NCBI GenBank assembly: GCA_951406725.2
Contig: OX597838.1
Span: forward strand, 29,016,001-29,080,000
Direction of reading: 5' to 3'
Length of the DNA: 64,000 nucleotides
From: Octopus vulgaris
Taxonomy: Eukaryota
Positions 13,249 through 28,115 of the stretch are shown piece after piece. The notes under the pieces were generated by a model. It saw only the letters and a program-made list of their open reading frames with translations, was not told the origin of the DNA and did not search any database. The position numbers and the translations under genes are program-made. Every line of letters starts with the position of its first letter. Position 1 is the stretch's first letter.

Positions 13249-13325
<77 letters not shown>

Positions 13326-13874
13326 CATCTTTCTATCTATCTAACATAGCTACTTGACTCACCGTCCATCCATTCCTCCTCCCGTCAACCTATCTTTCTA
13401 TCTCCTCTCTCGCCTCTCTCTCGCCACTCTCTCTCTTTTTCTCTCTCTCTCTTTTTCTCTCTCTCTCTTTTTCTCTCTCTCTCTTTTTCTCTCTCTCTCT
13501 TTTTCTCTCTCTCTCTTTTTCTCTCTCTCTCTCTCTCTTTCTTTCTTCCCCCCTCTCTCCACACCTCCCATACCAATCACTTACCGGAATCGTCCTCACG
13601 GCTATCTATATCTTTCTCCTTCACATGTGATTTTTAACTATCGATTTTTGCTATTATCTATTACTACGAGTCGTCAACACAAAAGTTGCTCTTCCGGCGT
13701 CTGTTCAGTCAATGTTCTTACACATTCCTCTCATACAACTTCGTCTTCCGGTGTCTCTTAAATATATGGAGCTATTTATATAAGCTACCTTCGTGTTCCG
13801 GTCTCTCTTTAACGTGTACGTAGCTATGTATTTATGTAATACAACTAATAAGAAATTCACTCACCTATCCATCC

Positions 13875-13966
<92 letters not shown>

Positions 13967-14014
13967 CTCTCTCTCTCTCTCTCTATCAGCCTGTCTATTT
14001 ATCTATCTACCTAC

Positions 14015-14124
<110 letters not shown>

Positions 14125-14338
14125 GATTGTCTGTCTGTCTGTCTGATTGTCTGTCTGTCTGTCTGTCTGTCTATTTACACACATATATTACACTCTGTTG
14201 TTGATGTTGAAATTACATTGAAGGTGCCCTGGATCGAGGTTAGAAACCGGTTCTTTCTCTATTGGCAAGAAATCTTGAAATAAAACTGAATAATGACTTA
14301 CATACATACATACATACATACATACATCCCCTATATGA

Positions 14339-14375
<37 letters not shown>

Positions 14376-15689
14376 CTGAAGCCTGAAGGAGTCGGGCTCC
14401 CGTTAGGGGCCTGCGAAACTTGGAACCGAATCAAATTGTTTTAAATACTATACATATGAGCCCCTACTAAATTTGTTGAGTGCCTTTTTGTTTCGTTTGT
14501 CCACTCAGTCCACTCGTACATACATACGCAAACATATACATACATACATACCTATCTACATAGCTACCTACCTACCTACCTACCTACCTACCACTTCACC
14601 ACACCCCTTCAAACTGTGTGACCCGGCTCAGTGTGAAGGAGCGTGGCCTCCACCACTAAAGGCACCCAAGTAGCCGGATGGCGCTGGGTGGTATTAAACC
14701 GGGTAACCAAGTTTACCGCTCATGGAGACCACAGGAGAGTTTGAACCTAAAACAGAAAGAGCCAGAATGATTTCCTCCGACGGTCTAACGATTCTGCTAA
14801 TCGGCTAATCCACCAATCCGCTAATCCGTTAACTCGTTACTAAGCCGCCCTTAATTGTTTCAAGACCAGATATTTTGATAAGGAGTTATGGAGGTGGTAA
14901 GTCGTTTATATCCACTCCAATCCTCGAATAGTTCTTTATTCTATCGACCACAGAAGGATGGGAGGCAAAGTTGACCTCAGCGTGAGTTGAACTCAGTATG
15001 TAATGGACCATACCTACTTACTGCAAGGCATTTTGTTCGACGCACCATTCCTTAATGCAACGTTTGTCAAACTGATAAATACGAAGCGTCCTGTCATCAA
15101 TATAAGTGAAACTTCTCACCGTCCTTAACTAACGAGGGTTAGGGATGGAATCTGCCGCCATTTTAATTCTTCTTTCTTCGCTCTGATGTCGGCCATTTTT
15201 TATGTCTTATCTTTTTCTTGTTTCAGTCATTGGACTGCGGCCATACTGGGACACCACCTTGAAAAGTTTAGTTGTCCAATCGACCCCCTTTTACTTACCT
15301 TTTCTTCCTTCAGTCCGATACTTAATATGTCAGTCTCTTTTGCCAAATCGCTAAGTTGCCAGGACGTAAACAATCCATCACTGGTTGTCAAGCGTTGCGG
15401 GAAGACAAGCACAAATACAGCCGCAATAATTATGCATCAACCCAATATATATGTGTGTGTGTGTGTGTTTGTGTGTCTGTGTTTGCCCCCTTCATCGCTT
15501 GACAACCGATGTTGGTGTGTTTACGTCCCCGTAAATTAGCGGTTCAGCAAAAAGGACCGATAGAATAAGTGTACAAGGTATACAAAGAGTAAGTCATGGG
15601 GTCGATTTGTTCGACTAAAGGTGGTACGCCAGCATAGCCGCAGTCAAAATGACTGAAACAAGTTAAAGAATAAAAGGAATAATGAAATA

Positions 15690-15887
15690 CTCTTGTCCGG
15701 GCAGAATGCTCAGCCGCATTTCGTATCGTCGCTGCGTTCCGAGTTCAAATTCAACCGAGGTTGACGTAGTCTTTCATCCATTCAGGGACGATAAAATAAG
15801 TACCTGTTGAGAAGTGGGATCGATGCAATTGACTTAGCCGCTCCCCACCAAAAAATTGTGGGCCCCGTGCCAAAATTTGCAACGAAT
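15690..15887 (+). mobile_element. SINE family B, diverged
   Basis: GAGTTCAAATTC..GAGGTTGAC..CTTTCATCC...ATAAAATAAGTACC motif set. Confidence 0.65.
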
Positions 15888-15892
15888 CTTAT

Positions 15893-16790
15893 GACAACAC
15901 CACCACTACCACCAACACTACAATCTGCAGTAGCAAGTACCACCACCGCCACTTCTACCATCATCAACACCACAAGCATCACTGGCTCCGCCGTCATTAC
16001 CCTCGTCAGTAACAACACCAACGCCCAAACCACCACCACCACCACCACCACCACCACCACCACCACCACCACCACCACTATTATCACCAACGCAGCCAAC
16101 TTCACCACCATCACCACCACCACCAATATGCCCAAAACCGAAACCACCTCCACCGTCACCACCCAAACCACCACCACCACCACTATCCTCAAAATCAAAA
16201 CCACCTCCACCACCACCACTCAAACCACCACCACTCAACCCCCCCAAACCAAAACCACCTCCACCACCACCACTCAAACCACCACCACCATCCCCAAAAC
16301 CAAAACTACCTCCACCATCACCACTACCAAAACCACCTGTACCATCACCATCACCACCACCTCCACCACCACCACTATTATCACCAACGCTGCCAACTTC
16401 ACCACCATCACCACCACCACTATGCCCAAAACCGAAACCACCTCCCCCGCCACCACTCAAACCACCATCACCACTATCACCACCATCCCCCAAATCAAAA
16501 CCACCTCCACCACCACCACTCAAACCACCACCACCACCACCACTATCCCCAAAACCAAAACCACCTCCACCATCACCACTACCAAAACCACCTGCACCAC
16601 CACCACAACCACTATCTCCAAAACCAACCACCACCACCACCACCACCACCACCACCACCCCTATCCCCCAAACCAAAACCACCTGTACCACCATCACCAC
16701 TACCAAAACCACCTGCACCACCACCACTCAAACCACCACCACCACCACCACCAGCAGCACAGCCGCCACTGCTGTCATCATCCACACCCA
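15893..16790. repeat. Compound (ACC)n repeat with higher-order duplications
   Basis: The block ACTATTATCACCAACGCWGCCAACTTCACCACCATCACC..ATGCCCAAAACCGAAACCACCTCC recurs at about 16077 and 16373. Sub-blocks CCCCAAAACCAAAACCACCTCC recur many times. Confidence 0.85.
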
Positions 16791-17134
16791 CCACGGTTAA
16801 CCAGTTTAATTATCTGGCCCATTAACTTTCTAACTAATTATACATGACTAACGTTATAATTAATCTCATCATTCTTCTTCCTCGGTCATTTAATCGTTGC
16901 AATATTCAACGTTTTTTAAGATGTTTCCTATTAAGATGCGTTCCTCTGTGTGTGTGTGTGTGCGCGCGCGTGTAATGGTTTTAGAGTATCTTGAGATAAT
17001 GGTGGGGGGCGTGGAAGTCGATTATATCGAACCCATTATTTGATTGATACTTATTTTATCGACTCCGGACAGGATGAAAGGCAAAGTCCACCTCGGCGAA
17101 GTTTGAACTCAATAATAAATTATAACAATAATCA

Positions 17135-17355
17135 TTTCTACAATAGGCACAAGGCCTGAAGTTTTGGAGGAGGAGGAGGAGGACAGGTCGATTACATCGA
17201 CCCCAGTGCGTAACTGGTACTTATTTCATACAACCCCCGAAAGGATGAAGGGTGAAGTCGACCTCAGCGGAATTTGAATCCAGAACGCAAAAAAGGACGA
17301 AGTACCGCTAAGCGTTTCGTCCGGTGTGCTGACGACTCTGACAGCTCGCTGCCTT
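17135..17355 (-). mobile_element. SINE family B (variant tail)
   Basis: Reverse complement of the GGCAGCGAGCTG..GGATTCAAATTCCGCTGAGGTCGACTTCACCCTTCATCCTTTCGGGG head and core. A second fragment lies at 17005-17112. Confidence 0.8.
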
Positions 17356-17356
17356 G

Positions 17357-17405
<49 letters not shown>

Positions 17406-17438
17406 TAATAATGATAATAATGATAATAATGATAATAA

Positions 17439-17896
17439 ATGCACTGATGGAATACCAGACAGTGGCTCTCATGGCTTCTGATCTTAACTGATTGGAAGTG
17501 TTATCATGTACATTGTTTTGTCTTGGTATAAAAGATTGGCTACAGCAAATGTTCTGCTCAATACAACAGATTTGCTTGTCAGTTGTTTGACCTTAACCAG
17601 TTGAGCATGTCCCTTAATGGCTGAGGATATGTGCATCTCTGATCACGAGCAGAAGTAATGGAGGAACATCATAGCCATGTGTCGAGAGGGATTCTTTGGG
17701 GTTTGGATAATTCACCTCTGGAAACATGGGTGTTTCGTTCAACATCCTTAAACAACCTTTATTCAGGGACCTTTTGAGTGGGATGGGTTACTCGACCAGA
17801 AGAAAATTCTAACTGGGCCCCACCTGTAAGGTCATGTGCTGTTTATCTTGATATGAGATCACCATATCGCGCACACATGGTTGTGATGCAGGTGCG
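17439..17896 (+). mobile_element. (TAA)n-associated interspersed repeat (probable R4/Dong-type 3' UTR or derived SINE)
   Basis: About 370 bp are homologous to 52193-52616. All copies, including 56122-56222, abut (AAT)n tracts. Confidence 0.7.
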
Positions 17897-17897
17897 A

Positions 17898-17930
<33 letters not shown>

Positions 17931-18124
17931 CACCTATTGTAACAGTACCTCGTATGAGAGTTTAACACCTCGCAGTAGTCTGCTACCACCGACACCATCA
18001 CCACTGCTGCTTTCACTACCACAACTATCAGCACCACCATCTTCCAATATGACCACCACAACGAAAAGCACCACCGTCAGTAACACCCCCCACCATCGCC
18101 ACTACCACCACCACCACCACCACC

Positions 18125-18356
18125 TATTTCTTTATTACCCACAAGGGGCTAAACACAGAGGGGACAAACAAGGACAGACATAGGTATTAAGTCGATTACA
18201 TCGACCCCAGTGCATAACTGGTATTTAATTAATCGACCCCGAAAGGATGAAAGGAAAAGTCGACCTGGGCGGAATTTGAACTCAGAACGTAACGCAGACG
18301 AAATACGGCTACGCAATTCGTCCGACGTGCTAACGTTTCTGCCAGCTCGACGCCTT
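18125..18356 (-). mobile_element. SINE family B, full length
   Basis: Reverse complement of 47925-48155 and 32622-32848. Confidence 0.88.
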
Positions 18357-20380
18357 CACCACCACCACCACCACCACCACCACCACCACCACCACCACCA
18401 CCACCACCACCACCACCACCACCACCACCACCACCAACACCATCACTATCACTATCAGCTACGAAGATCATAACATCACAGCCACAACTACCACCGTCAC
18501 CGCCTCCAGCAATTCCACCACCACCGCCACCGCCACCACAACTACAGCCTATACTACTTTATGAAAACAAACACCACGCACACTTCAAACGCCACCAAAC
18601 TTAAGCTTCACAACTATAACCCACACCGCATCAACCGTCACCACAACGAAATCCGATACCACCACCACCGCCACCACAGCCATTGTCAATGCTGTACTGC
18701 CACGGCACCACTGGCACCACCACGGCGCTGCTACCACGACTAACTGCACGACCACGGTCACTGCGATGACGACGACAACTACCACCACAATCCCCGTCAC
18801 CTTCTCATCCAGCACCACCACCATACAACAACAACAACAGCAAGAACAAAACCATTTACACCATCAGCACCAGCACCACCACTACCACCACCACCACCAC
18901 CACCACCACCACCACCACCACAACCACCATTACCATAACTACCACAACCACTACCAACACAACCTCTCCCACCACTACCCACCACCACCACAACCACCAT
19001 TATCACTACCACCACAACCACCCCACCATTACTAACACAACCACCCCACCCCACCCCCACCATTACCAACACAACCACAACCACTCTCCACCATTATCCC
19101 ACCACCACCACTACCACCACAACCACTCTCCACCATTATCCCACCACCACCACCACTACCACCACAACCACACTCCACCATTATCCCCCCACTACCCCCA
19201 CTACCACAACCACAACTTCACTATGATAGAGAACATGGTAGTAGAGAACAAGTGTGATTTTTTTCAAAAATGCAATGTATAATAAAATAAAATAAAATAA
19301 AATAAAATAAATGAACAATACAATATAAATGCATCTGAAACAACAGCAACAAAAGCAGCAGCAACAACAACAACAACAACAACATATACTAAAGTTTAAA
19401 AGTTCAGAGTAGAATAATAAGAAACGAAATTGAGTTTATAAGAAAAGAAGGAAAAAAAAATAAATAGAAACAGGTGTCGATGAGACGGGTCGGAGGCGTC
19501 AAGAGAATGTAGGCGTTGGGGCAGAGGCGTAGGAAAACGTGAAGAGATTTTAAGTAGGGAGAGAGAGAGAGAGAGAGAGGGTGATGGTTTGAAGAGACTT
19601 GTTTAAATTCACGTCTCTAATTTATAAGTCAATACACCTCACTGCAGTGCACTGAATGAGGAACGAGAATTTGCTGAGTTGCTATTTTAAAAAACTGTCT
19701 GAATAGCCAGTTAATTTGTTTCCATCGTAAAAATCTATGACGATCTACGTGCCACAGGCCTTTTCCCCCTCGTTTTGCATGCAATCTGGCCATTGATATT
19801 CAGTGCACTCGAAGCCAGTCAGTCTCTCAATAATGAAACGGCGTGGCAGCAGCATAGCGTGACTACATTAAAAAGTAATTGAGGTTTGGCAGTTATTACT
19901 CGTTGGACAGTAAGTTAGCGGTGCGAAGTTAGAGTGTATATAGGTGTGACCTCGTCGGGGATGGCAAATAATGAATAAATTCGTTTTGGTAATAACGAAG
20001 TTCCAGGTGGTGGGTGGTTGTGGTGGGAGGGTTTCGATCCTAAAGTGCGGCACTGTGGATTTGAGGAAGTAATCCCTTTTTGCATGTTTGACTATGCGGT
20101 AGAATGCAGGTTGGTTTTTCCCTTCTCCAAACCTTCAAGATTAAACTAGGTCAGCAGGAGTTGTTCTGTTTCGAAGCCAATCAGCTGGTCTGTTCCTCCT
20201 CCGCTCTCTCTCTGTCTTTCTTACACGCTCACATTTATGTATATACATACATACATACATACATACATACATACATACATACATACATACATACATACAT
20301 ACATACACACACATATATATAATCAAATAAACCAGGTATGAATGTAATACGATCCTTTCAAGCGGTCTGATATCCCTTTG

Positions 20381-20589
20381 CTCTTTTACTCTTTTACTTG
20401 TTTCAGTCATTTGACTGCGGTCATGCTGGAGCTGCACCTTTAGTCGAGCAAATCGACCCCAGAGCTTACTTTTTGTAAGCCTAGTACTTATTCTATCGGT
20501 TTCTTTCGCCGAACCGCTAAGTTACGGGGACATAAACACACCAACATCGGTTGTCAAGCGATGATGGGGAGCCAAACGCAGACACACAA

Positions 20590-20664
<75 letters not shown>

Positions 20665-20826
20665 ACGGGCTTCTTTTCAGTTTCCGTCTACCAAATCCAC
20701 TCACAAGGCTTTGGTCGGCCCGACGCTATAGCAGAAGACACTTGCCCAAAGTGCCACGCAGTGGGACTGAACCCGGAACCATGTGGTTGGTAAGCAAGCT
20801 ACTTACTACACAGTCACTCTTGCGCC
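20381..20826 (-). mobile_element. SINE family A, full length
   Basis: Matches the family consensus, with an internal (CA)n/(TA)n tract. Confidence 0.9.
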
Positions 20827-21444
20827 TAAAATTTTCTAAAATTAAAAAAAAAAAATTCTACTTTTATTTTGATAATAATACACGGATTTTGCTATATCTT
20901 GATCATAAACGTTTTCCCTGTGAACCCTTAATGTTTTCCCTAGATCTCATTATAGCGTCCTAAGTTTCATAGTGTAGGTTCCTTTAACAAAAAATAATGA
21001 GAAGAGTCTATGTCACTCCTACCCTACCTATTTTCATGAGCATTTACTACTATGTAACTGACTGCTTCTAAAGTTTGTTTCTTTATGTAGTAAGGAGTAC
21101 TTATGGCCATAAGAGATTAAGATTAGTGAGAACATCTAATAATATCTAATTATAACCAGCAGCCAGTTCTGAACTGTCAACTCATAATTCTCTTAATTCT
21201 CAATAAACGCCGTCTTAGATCTTTTGATGGTGATAAGAAGGTAGATAAAAAATTAGAAATGAATTACAATCCCATGACCCACACTGCAATCCATTCCTGC
21301 CACTCCAAAATTGTAGTTGTTTTGCTCTTAGTTTATTCTTGCTGCAATAATGGCAACATGAAATTCTTTCATCCTCTAGCTCTGATAAAATATTTGAGAA
21401 AAATTATATTAATATATCTTGTCTGTTGAAAATCCATATTTTTG

Positions 21445-21528
21445 GCAACTGAAGATAGCACTGAATTTAAATTGATGTACTGCTTGTATAGTTCAATTAA
21501 ATAGAAGCGCTTGAAACGGTCGTATTGC
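21445..21528 (+). ncRNA. Type-I hammerhead ribozyme motif
   Basis: GCAA-CTGAAGA-T AGC...GCT T-GAAAC-GGTC-GTA-TTGC. It is homologous to 40165-40251, with compensatory changes in helices I and II. Confidence 0.75.
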
Positions 21529-21856
21529 ATTAATACCTCACACCCTGATACTTATTTGATTTTATTCACCTTACTTCGAGCAGTGCAGATAATACCGGGC
21601 TAACTTGGTGCCTCAACTTAAGCACCTAATTCAACTGAATCTTAATTATTTCTTTTATACGTATATGAGGGACAGACTCTCTAACATCTTAATTGCACTT
21701 TTTATATCAACCTTCTCGTTTTTTCTCATGCTAATCGTGTGCCCCGAGTCAGAGATTGCTTGGAGACTCAAGACACGTTATATAAATCTGCCTTATCTCA
21801 AAAAATCTATGGCTAGAAACAGCCCAGCTCTTATTTTAAATACTGTGTACATTAAA

Positions 21857-21891
<35 letters not shown>

Positions 21892-21960
21892 TGTGTGTGC
21901 TTTTATATAGATATAGATATATTCATATGTACATATATGTTTGAGGAGATATGTCTAGGC

Positions 21961-22025
<65 letters not shown>

Positions 22026-22100
22026 TATATGTTTGTGGTTTGTGTGTGCTTTTATATAGATATAGATATACATACTTACATATATGTTTGAGGATAAATA

Positions 22101-22207
<107 letters not shown>

Positions 22208-22390
22208 GAATATATATATAAATATATATATATGTTTGTGTGTGCTTTTATACAGATATAGATATATTCATACGTACATATATGTTTGAGGAGAAATGTC
22301 TCGGCAGGTAAATCACCAGAGATTTTTACGATGGAAACATTAATTCGCTATTCAAAACTGTATGTACACTATGCATACACAAAGACACAC

Positions 22391-22525
<135 letters not shown>

Positions 22526-22947
22526 CACACACATGTATTTATATATACATACATACATACACACGCATACGTATGTAATGTGTGTATACATAAAACTGAT
22601 TGAAAAATAAATTCAAAGTTTATTGCAATAAAAGCCAAAATGCAAAATCTGCTCTTTTTGTGGTGGGGAGGTTTTCAAATCATATAAACATATTGAAATA
22701 TTGAGATTTATTTGCAATTATTATTCAATCTTATTTATATTGTCTTTGATCTCATTCGTCACATAAATTTAAATTACAATATATCAGATGCATATATATT
22801 TAAATATAGAATTATATGAAACTATAAATGAAAGGTTTTATAGGGAAATACGCGTTAAGGCTGTTTAATATAATGGCCACAATACTTGTATAGGATTAGA
22901 TAAATATTGGCTCTGATTAGAGAAAATACATGAATCGATATTGTATA

Positions 22948-23368
22948 GGCGCAGGAGTGACTGTGTGGTAAGTAGCTTGCTAACCAACCCCATGGTTTCG
23001 GGTTCAGTGCCACTGCGTGGCATCTTGGGCAAGTGTCTTCTGCTATAGCCCCGGGCCGACCAATGCCTTGTGAGTGGATTTGGTAGACGGAAACTGAAAG
23101 AAGCCTGTCGTAGATATGTATATATATATATATAAGTGTGTGTGTGTATATGTTTGTGCGTCTGTGTTTGTCCCCTAGCATTGCTTGACAACCGATGCTG
23201 GTGTGTTTACGTCCCCGTCACTTAGCGGTTCGGCAAAATAGACCGATAGAATAAGTACTGGGCTTACAAAGAATAAGTCCCGGGGTCGATTTGCTCGACT
23301 AAAGGCGGTGCTCCAGCATGGCCGCAGTCAAATGACTGAAACAAGTAAAAGAGTAAAGAGTAAAGAGT
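22948..23368 (+). mobile_element. SINE family A, full length
   Basis: Complete head, core, internal TA/TG tract and AAAAGAGT tail. Diverged 5' halves follow at 23385-23550 and 23620-23767. Confidence 0.92.
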
Positions 23369-23765
23369 CTTATATATCGCCATAGGTGCAGGCATTGTGG
23401 TATGTTTCAGAGGTTCGTTTCGCAATCTCGTGGTTTTGGGTTCTGGCCTACCAGGAGGCACTTCATGTAAGTGTTCTCTACAACAGCCTCGGGTTGATCA
23501 ATGCTTCGTGAGTGAATTCGATATATGGAAACTGTGAAGAAGCCCATCACGTGTGTGTGTGTGGTTATGTGTGTGCATGTGTGTGTGTGTGGGTGGTGGT
23601 GGTGGTGGGTGGTGGTGGTGGATAAGAAGTTTGGCCCGCAACCAAGTGGTTCTGGGTTCATTTCCGTTGAGAGCCACTTTATGCAAGTGTCTTCTGCAAT
23701 AGCTCCGAGCTGACCAGAACCTTTTGAGTGAACTTCACTAGTGGAAACTGCGTGGAAGCCTCGTC

Positions 23766-23810
<45 letters not shown>

Positions 23811-23822
23811 TAGATAGATATA

Positions 23823-24218
23823 GGCGTAAGAGTGGCTGTATTTTAAGTAGCTTGCTTCCCAACCACATGGTTCCAGGTTCAGTCCCACTGCGTGAGATAT
23901 TCGAAAGTGTCTTCTACTTTAGTCTCAAGCCGACCAAAGCCTTGTGAGAGGATTTGGTATATGGAAACTGAAAGAAGCCCATCGAATATATATGTGTGTA
24001 TAAGTTTGTGTGTCAATGCTTGCCCCGACCCCATCATCGCCTGACACCGATGTTGATGTGCTTACATCCCCATAACTTAGCGGTTCGCCAACAGAAACCG
24101 ATAGAATAAGTACTCTTACAAAGAATAAGTCCTGGGGTCGATTTGTTCAACTAAAGGCAGTGCTCCAGCATGGCCGCAGTCAAATGACTGAAGCAAGTAA
24201 AAGAGTAAAACAGTAAAA
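23823..24218 (+). mobile_element. SINE family A, full length, diverged
   Basis: Matches the family consensus. Confidence 0.85.
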
Positions 24219-24237
24219 TAATATATATGTATGTACA

Positions 24238-24642
24238 TATTTACTTATATATATACTCTCTTTTATATATATATTCTACTTTTTATACAAAATTACTCTT
24301 TTATGTACACTTTGTTATGTACATTCCTTTATGTACACTGATTTGTTCTGCTTTTTTATGTTTAACCCTACAGTCTCTTATGTGGTGGTTTAATAAAGTA
24401 TGTGATTGAGTATTATCTGGTAATTGATATTTGATTTAGATGTATTTCTCCATTTTCTTATCTTGTATTAGTAATTTGTGGTAAATCATTTTACCTTTGC
24501 CCATATAATACATTAAATGAATTGATTGCATCGCAATCCTTAACATTTATGTATTAACTTTGTTGGGTACTTCACTAGCAGTATATTGGATATATGTTAT
24601 CCCATGAAGGGTTGCATTTACAACCCCTATCTCAATTTGTAT
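24238..24642. mobile_element. PLE-type repeat fragment, rearranged relative to 38867-39797
   Basis: 24238-24369 matches 39662-39796 directly. 24397-24642 matches 38893-39139 as reverse complement. Confidence 0.8.
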
Positions 24643-24649
24643 ATATATA

Positions 24650-24805
24650 TATATATTTCACTAAACCTTTTTTAATTTTCTCTCTCTGCTTATTTCTGTG
24701 GTGTTCCTTTCTGTGGTGTTCCTTTCTGTGGAAGAGCGTAGGCTCGAAACGTTAAAGACATTTTCACTTCCCGAGTGTTATACGAATACATCTGTTTGTT
24801 GAAAT
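24650..24805 (+). mobile_element. Short PLE-type element with minimal HHR (24722-24757)
   Basis: CTTT-CTGTGGA-A-GAGC GTAG GCTC-GAAAC-GTT-AAAG. Confidence 0.75.
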
Positions 24806-25299
24806 TAAACCCTCGGAACTGTTCTTGGGTCTTTACTCTGACATCTCTCCCTCCTTAAAAAGGCTATCTCCTCTGTAGTAACAAGTATAAGGGACGTGTG
24901 AAGAAGAGAGCAATCTTCCATGATTGGTCGAACTTGCAGAAAAATTGCCACAACCTCATAATAAATTTTCTGCATTGCTTTATTAACTTTTAATGAAAAT
25001 TATATTAATTTGAAAAACTAATTTCAAATGAATGACGTAAAGCTTCAGATATAGTGTACAACTCATTATTTATTAATTAAAAAAGATATATTAATTTTAG
25101 TTAACGTCATATGAATTTAGAAAATATCAGAATCATGAAATAAATTGCTTTTTTTAAACGATGGAACTCGAATCAATAAAGCTATAAATAGCAGGATGCA
25201 AATATTTGACTGAAAGACCCAGAGACAGTTTTCGATGTTTTCTATCTAAGAGGTTCTTTAACCTAATATTAACACGCTATTATTTATTGGTTCATCTAA

Positions 25300-25715
25300 A
25301 GCGGCGGGTTGGCAGAATCGTTAACATGGCGAGCAAAACGCTTAACGGAATATCTTCCGTCTTTACGTTCTGAGGCCAAGGTCGACGTTTCCTTTCATCA
25401 TTTCAGAGTCGATAAAACAAGGACCAGTTGAGCACTGGGGTTGATGTAGTCGACTTACCCCTCCCTTGAAGTTGCTAGCCTTGTACCAAAAAGTGAAACC
25501 GCTCTTTACAGCTTTGCCTAAGGCGGCGGGGTGGCAGAATCGTTAGCATGCCGGGAAAAACGATAAGCAGCACGTCTTGCATCTTTACGTTCTGAGTTCA
25601 AGTTTCGCCGAGGTCCACTTCGCCTTTCATCCTCCGGGAGTCAATAAAACAAGTACCAGCTGGGCACTGGAATCATCCTCCCAAATTACTGACCTTTGTG
25701 TCGAAAATTCAAGAA
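25300..25715 (+). mobile_element. Two tandem SINE family B copies
   Basis: GCGGCGGGKTGGCAGAATCGTTARCATG heads at about 25301 and 25523, each followed by the CTTTCATC..GATAAAACAAG core. Confidence 0.75.
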
Positions 25716-25763
25716 CTATAATAGAAAGTGTTATTTAGAGCTTTAGAAGTTCAGTCGTTAAAA

Positions 25764-25820
<57 letters not shown>

Positions 25821-25822
<2 letters not shown>

Positions 25823-25976
25823 CGCAGGAGTAGCTGTGTGGCGAGTAACTTGCTTACCAACCACATGGTTCTGGGTTCAGTCCCACTGCGTGGCACCCAA
25901 GTGGTTCTACTATAGCCTCGGGCCGACCAAAGCCTTGTGAGTGGATTTGGTAGACGGAAACTGAAAGAAGCCCGTC

Positions 25977-26032
<56 letters not shown>

Positions 26033-26238
26033 ATATGATTGTGTGTCTGTGTTTGTCCCCTCAACATCGCTTAAAAACCGATGCTGGTGTGTTTACGTCC
26101 CCGTAACTTGGCGGTTCGGCTAAAAAGAAACCAATAGAATAAGTACTAGGGTCCTGGGGTCGATTTGCTCGACTAAAGGCGGTGCTCAAGCATGACCACA
26201 GTCAAATGACTGAAACAAGTAAAAGAGTAAAAGAGAGT
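25821..26238 (+). mobile_element. SINE family A, full length
   Basis: Matches the consensus with two small deletions. Confidence 0.9.
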
Positions 26239-26489
26239 ATGTGTGAGTGTGTGTGCGTGCGTGCGTGTGTGTATGTACATACTCACAGACAGTCGCTCAC
26301 ACGCACTTATATGTAAACTGCATTGACCAATAGGGACTCAACATCCAGAAGACATCTGCCCTTTGTTTTATTCGGTTTCTCCAACCCTTACGAGACAGGT
26401 CCGTTTAACAAGCCCACGAAACTTTGTTGCATAGAGCCAAATCAGAATAGTCATCAAATAACACCCTACCCCGGCACACAAACGTATCT

Positions 26490-26726
26490 TTTACTCTTTT
26501 TTTTTTACTCTTTTACTTGTTTCAGTCATTTGACTGCGGCCATGCTGGAGCACCACCTTTAATCGAGCAACTCGACCCCCGGGACTTATTCTTTTGTAAG
26601 CCCAGTACTTATTCTATCGGTTCTCTTTTGCCGAACCGCTATGTAACGGGGACACAAACACACCAGCATCGGTTGTCAAGCAATGCTAGGAGGACAAACA
26701 CAGACACACAAACACATACACACACA

Positions 26727-26764
<38 letters not shown>

Positions 26765-26908
26765 TACGACGGGCTTCTTTCAGTTTCCGTCTACCAAATC
26801 CACTCACAAGGCTTTGGTAGGCCCGAGGCTATAGTAGAAGACACTTGACCAAGGAGCCACACATGTGGTTGGTAAACAAGCTACTTACCACACAGCCACT
26901 CCTGTGCC
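26490..26908 (-). mobile_element. SINE family A, near full length
   Basis: Matches the consensus and converges on the 25821-26238 copy. Confidence 0.88.
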
Positions 26909-27278
26909 TATTATCTATATATACTATACAAATATGTGTGTGTGCGTGTGTGTGTGTGTGTGTGTTTTACGTCGACTCCCAGAGGTTGCCTTCCGCTTGT
27001 CATTTTTTAATCCAATATTCTCTCGCTGCTATCTTTAGCTTTAATTTTAGCCTTTAGAGGTTGGGAATTGCACCGAGTCGGATTTTTTTAAATATTGATT
27101 TTTAGGAACGTGGGAGTCAGTCAGCGAAAAACAGATGTCGGAATCGTTTTAAGTGTATAAAAATGTATTTAGAAATCTTCGGTAAAAGGTTAATTTTGAG
27201 AGGAAGAAGAAAAACGGTAAGGGCTACACGGTTATCCAGGGCTCTTCATATTTCTTCCATTTCTGTGAGTGCCTCTGA

Positions 27279-27309
<31 letters not shown>

Positions 27310-27351
27310 TGTATGTATGTATGTATGTATGTATGTATGTATGTATGTATG

Positions 27352-27428
<77 letters not shown>

Positions 27429-27625
27429 TCATTCCTTCTTTCTTTCTGTCTATCTCTTTCTCTCCCCCCACTCTCTCTACTCACTGTCTGTATACATACA
27501 CATATATAAATATACACGTGCTCCCACAAACACACAAGCACATACAAATTCATATAATATATATATATATATATATATTTAAATTTGCATGTGACTGTAA
27601 ATGAGTTGGTGCACGTGCGTATACG

Positions 27626-27677
<52 letters not shown>

Positions 27678-27694
27678 CACACACACACACTCAT

Positions 27695-27730
<36 letters not shown>

Positions 27731-27862
27731 GTCACACTCGCCTTAGGCAAGTGTCTTTTACTATAGCCTCGAGCCGACCAAAGCCTTGTGAGTGAATTTG
27801 GTAGACGTACACTGAAAGAAGTCCATCGTATATATATATGTGTGTGTATGTATGTATGTATG

Positions 27863-27896
<34 letters not shown>

Positions 27897-28080
27897 TGTA
27901 TGTATGTATGTATATGTATATATTCATATACGTACACTCACGCACGCACACACATATACATACATATATATACAATTAATCCCTGCAAAAAAAAACAAGA
28001 ATAACACAAGAAAATACAACAAAGCGACAACGCGGTGCATGTAAAGTATTAAAAAACGTTCAGGGAAGGAAAGAAAGGTA

Positions 28081-28115
28081 GTTTTACGTTTCGAGCAAAG
28101 CTCTTCGTCAGAAAC
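28081..28115 (-). ncRNA. Minimal type-I hammerhead ribozyme, intact core
   Basis: GTTT-CTGACGA-A-GAGC TTT GCTC-GAAAC-GTA-AAAC. Helix III is reduced to the palindrome ACGT. Confidence 0.8.

Noticed and set aside
15807-16847. 346-aa Thr-rich mucin-like ORF and its Gly-rich antisense ORF
   Set aside because: It begins inside a SINE B copy at a non-ATG codon and has no signal peptide or clear splice sites. It drifts from poly-Thr into poly-His, as expected of an (ACC)n compound repeat.
22948-23020. tRNA-like sequences at SINE heads
   Set aside because: Box A/B motifs are present, but there is no complete cloverleaf and they continue into SINE bodies.
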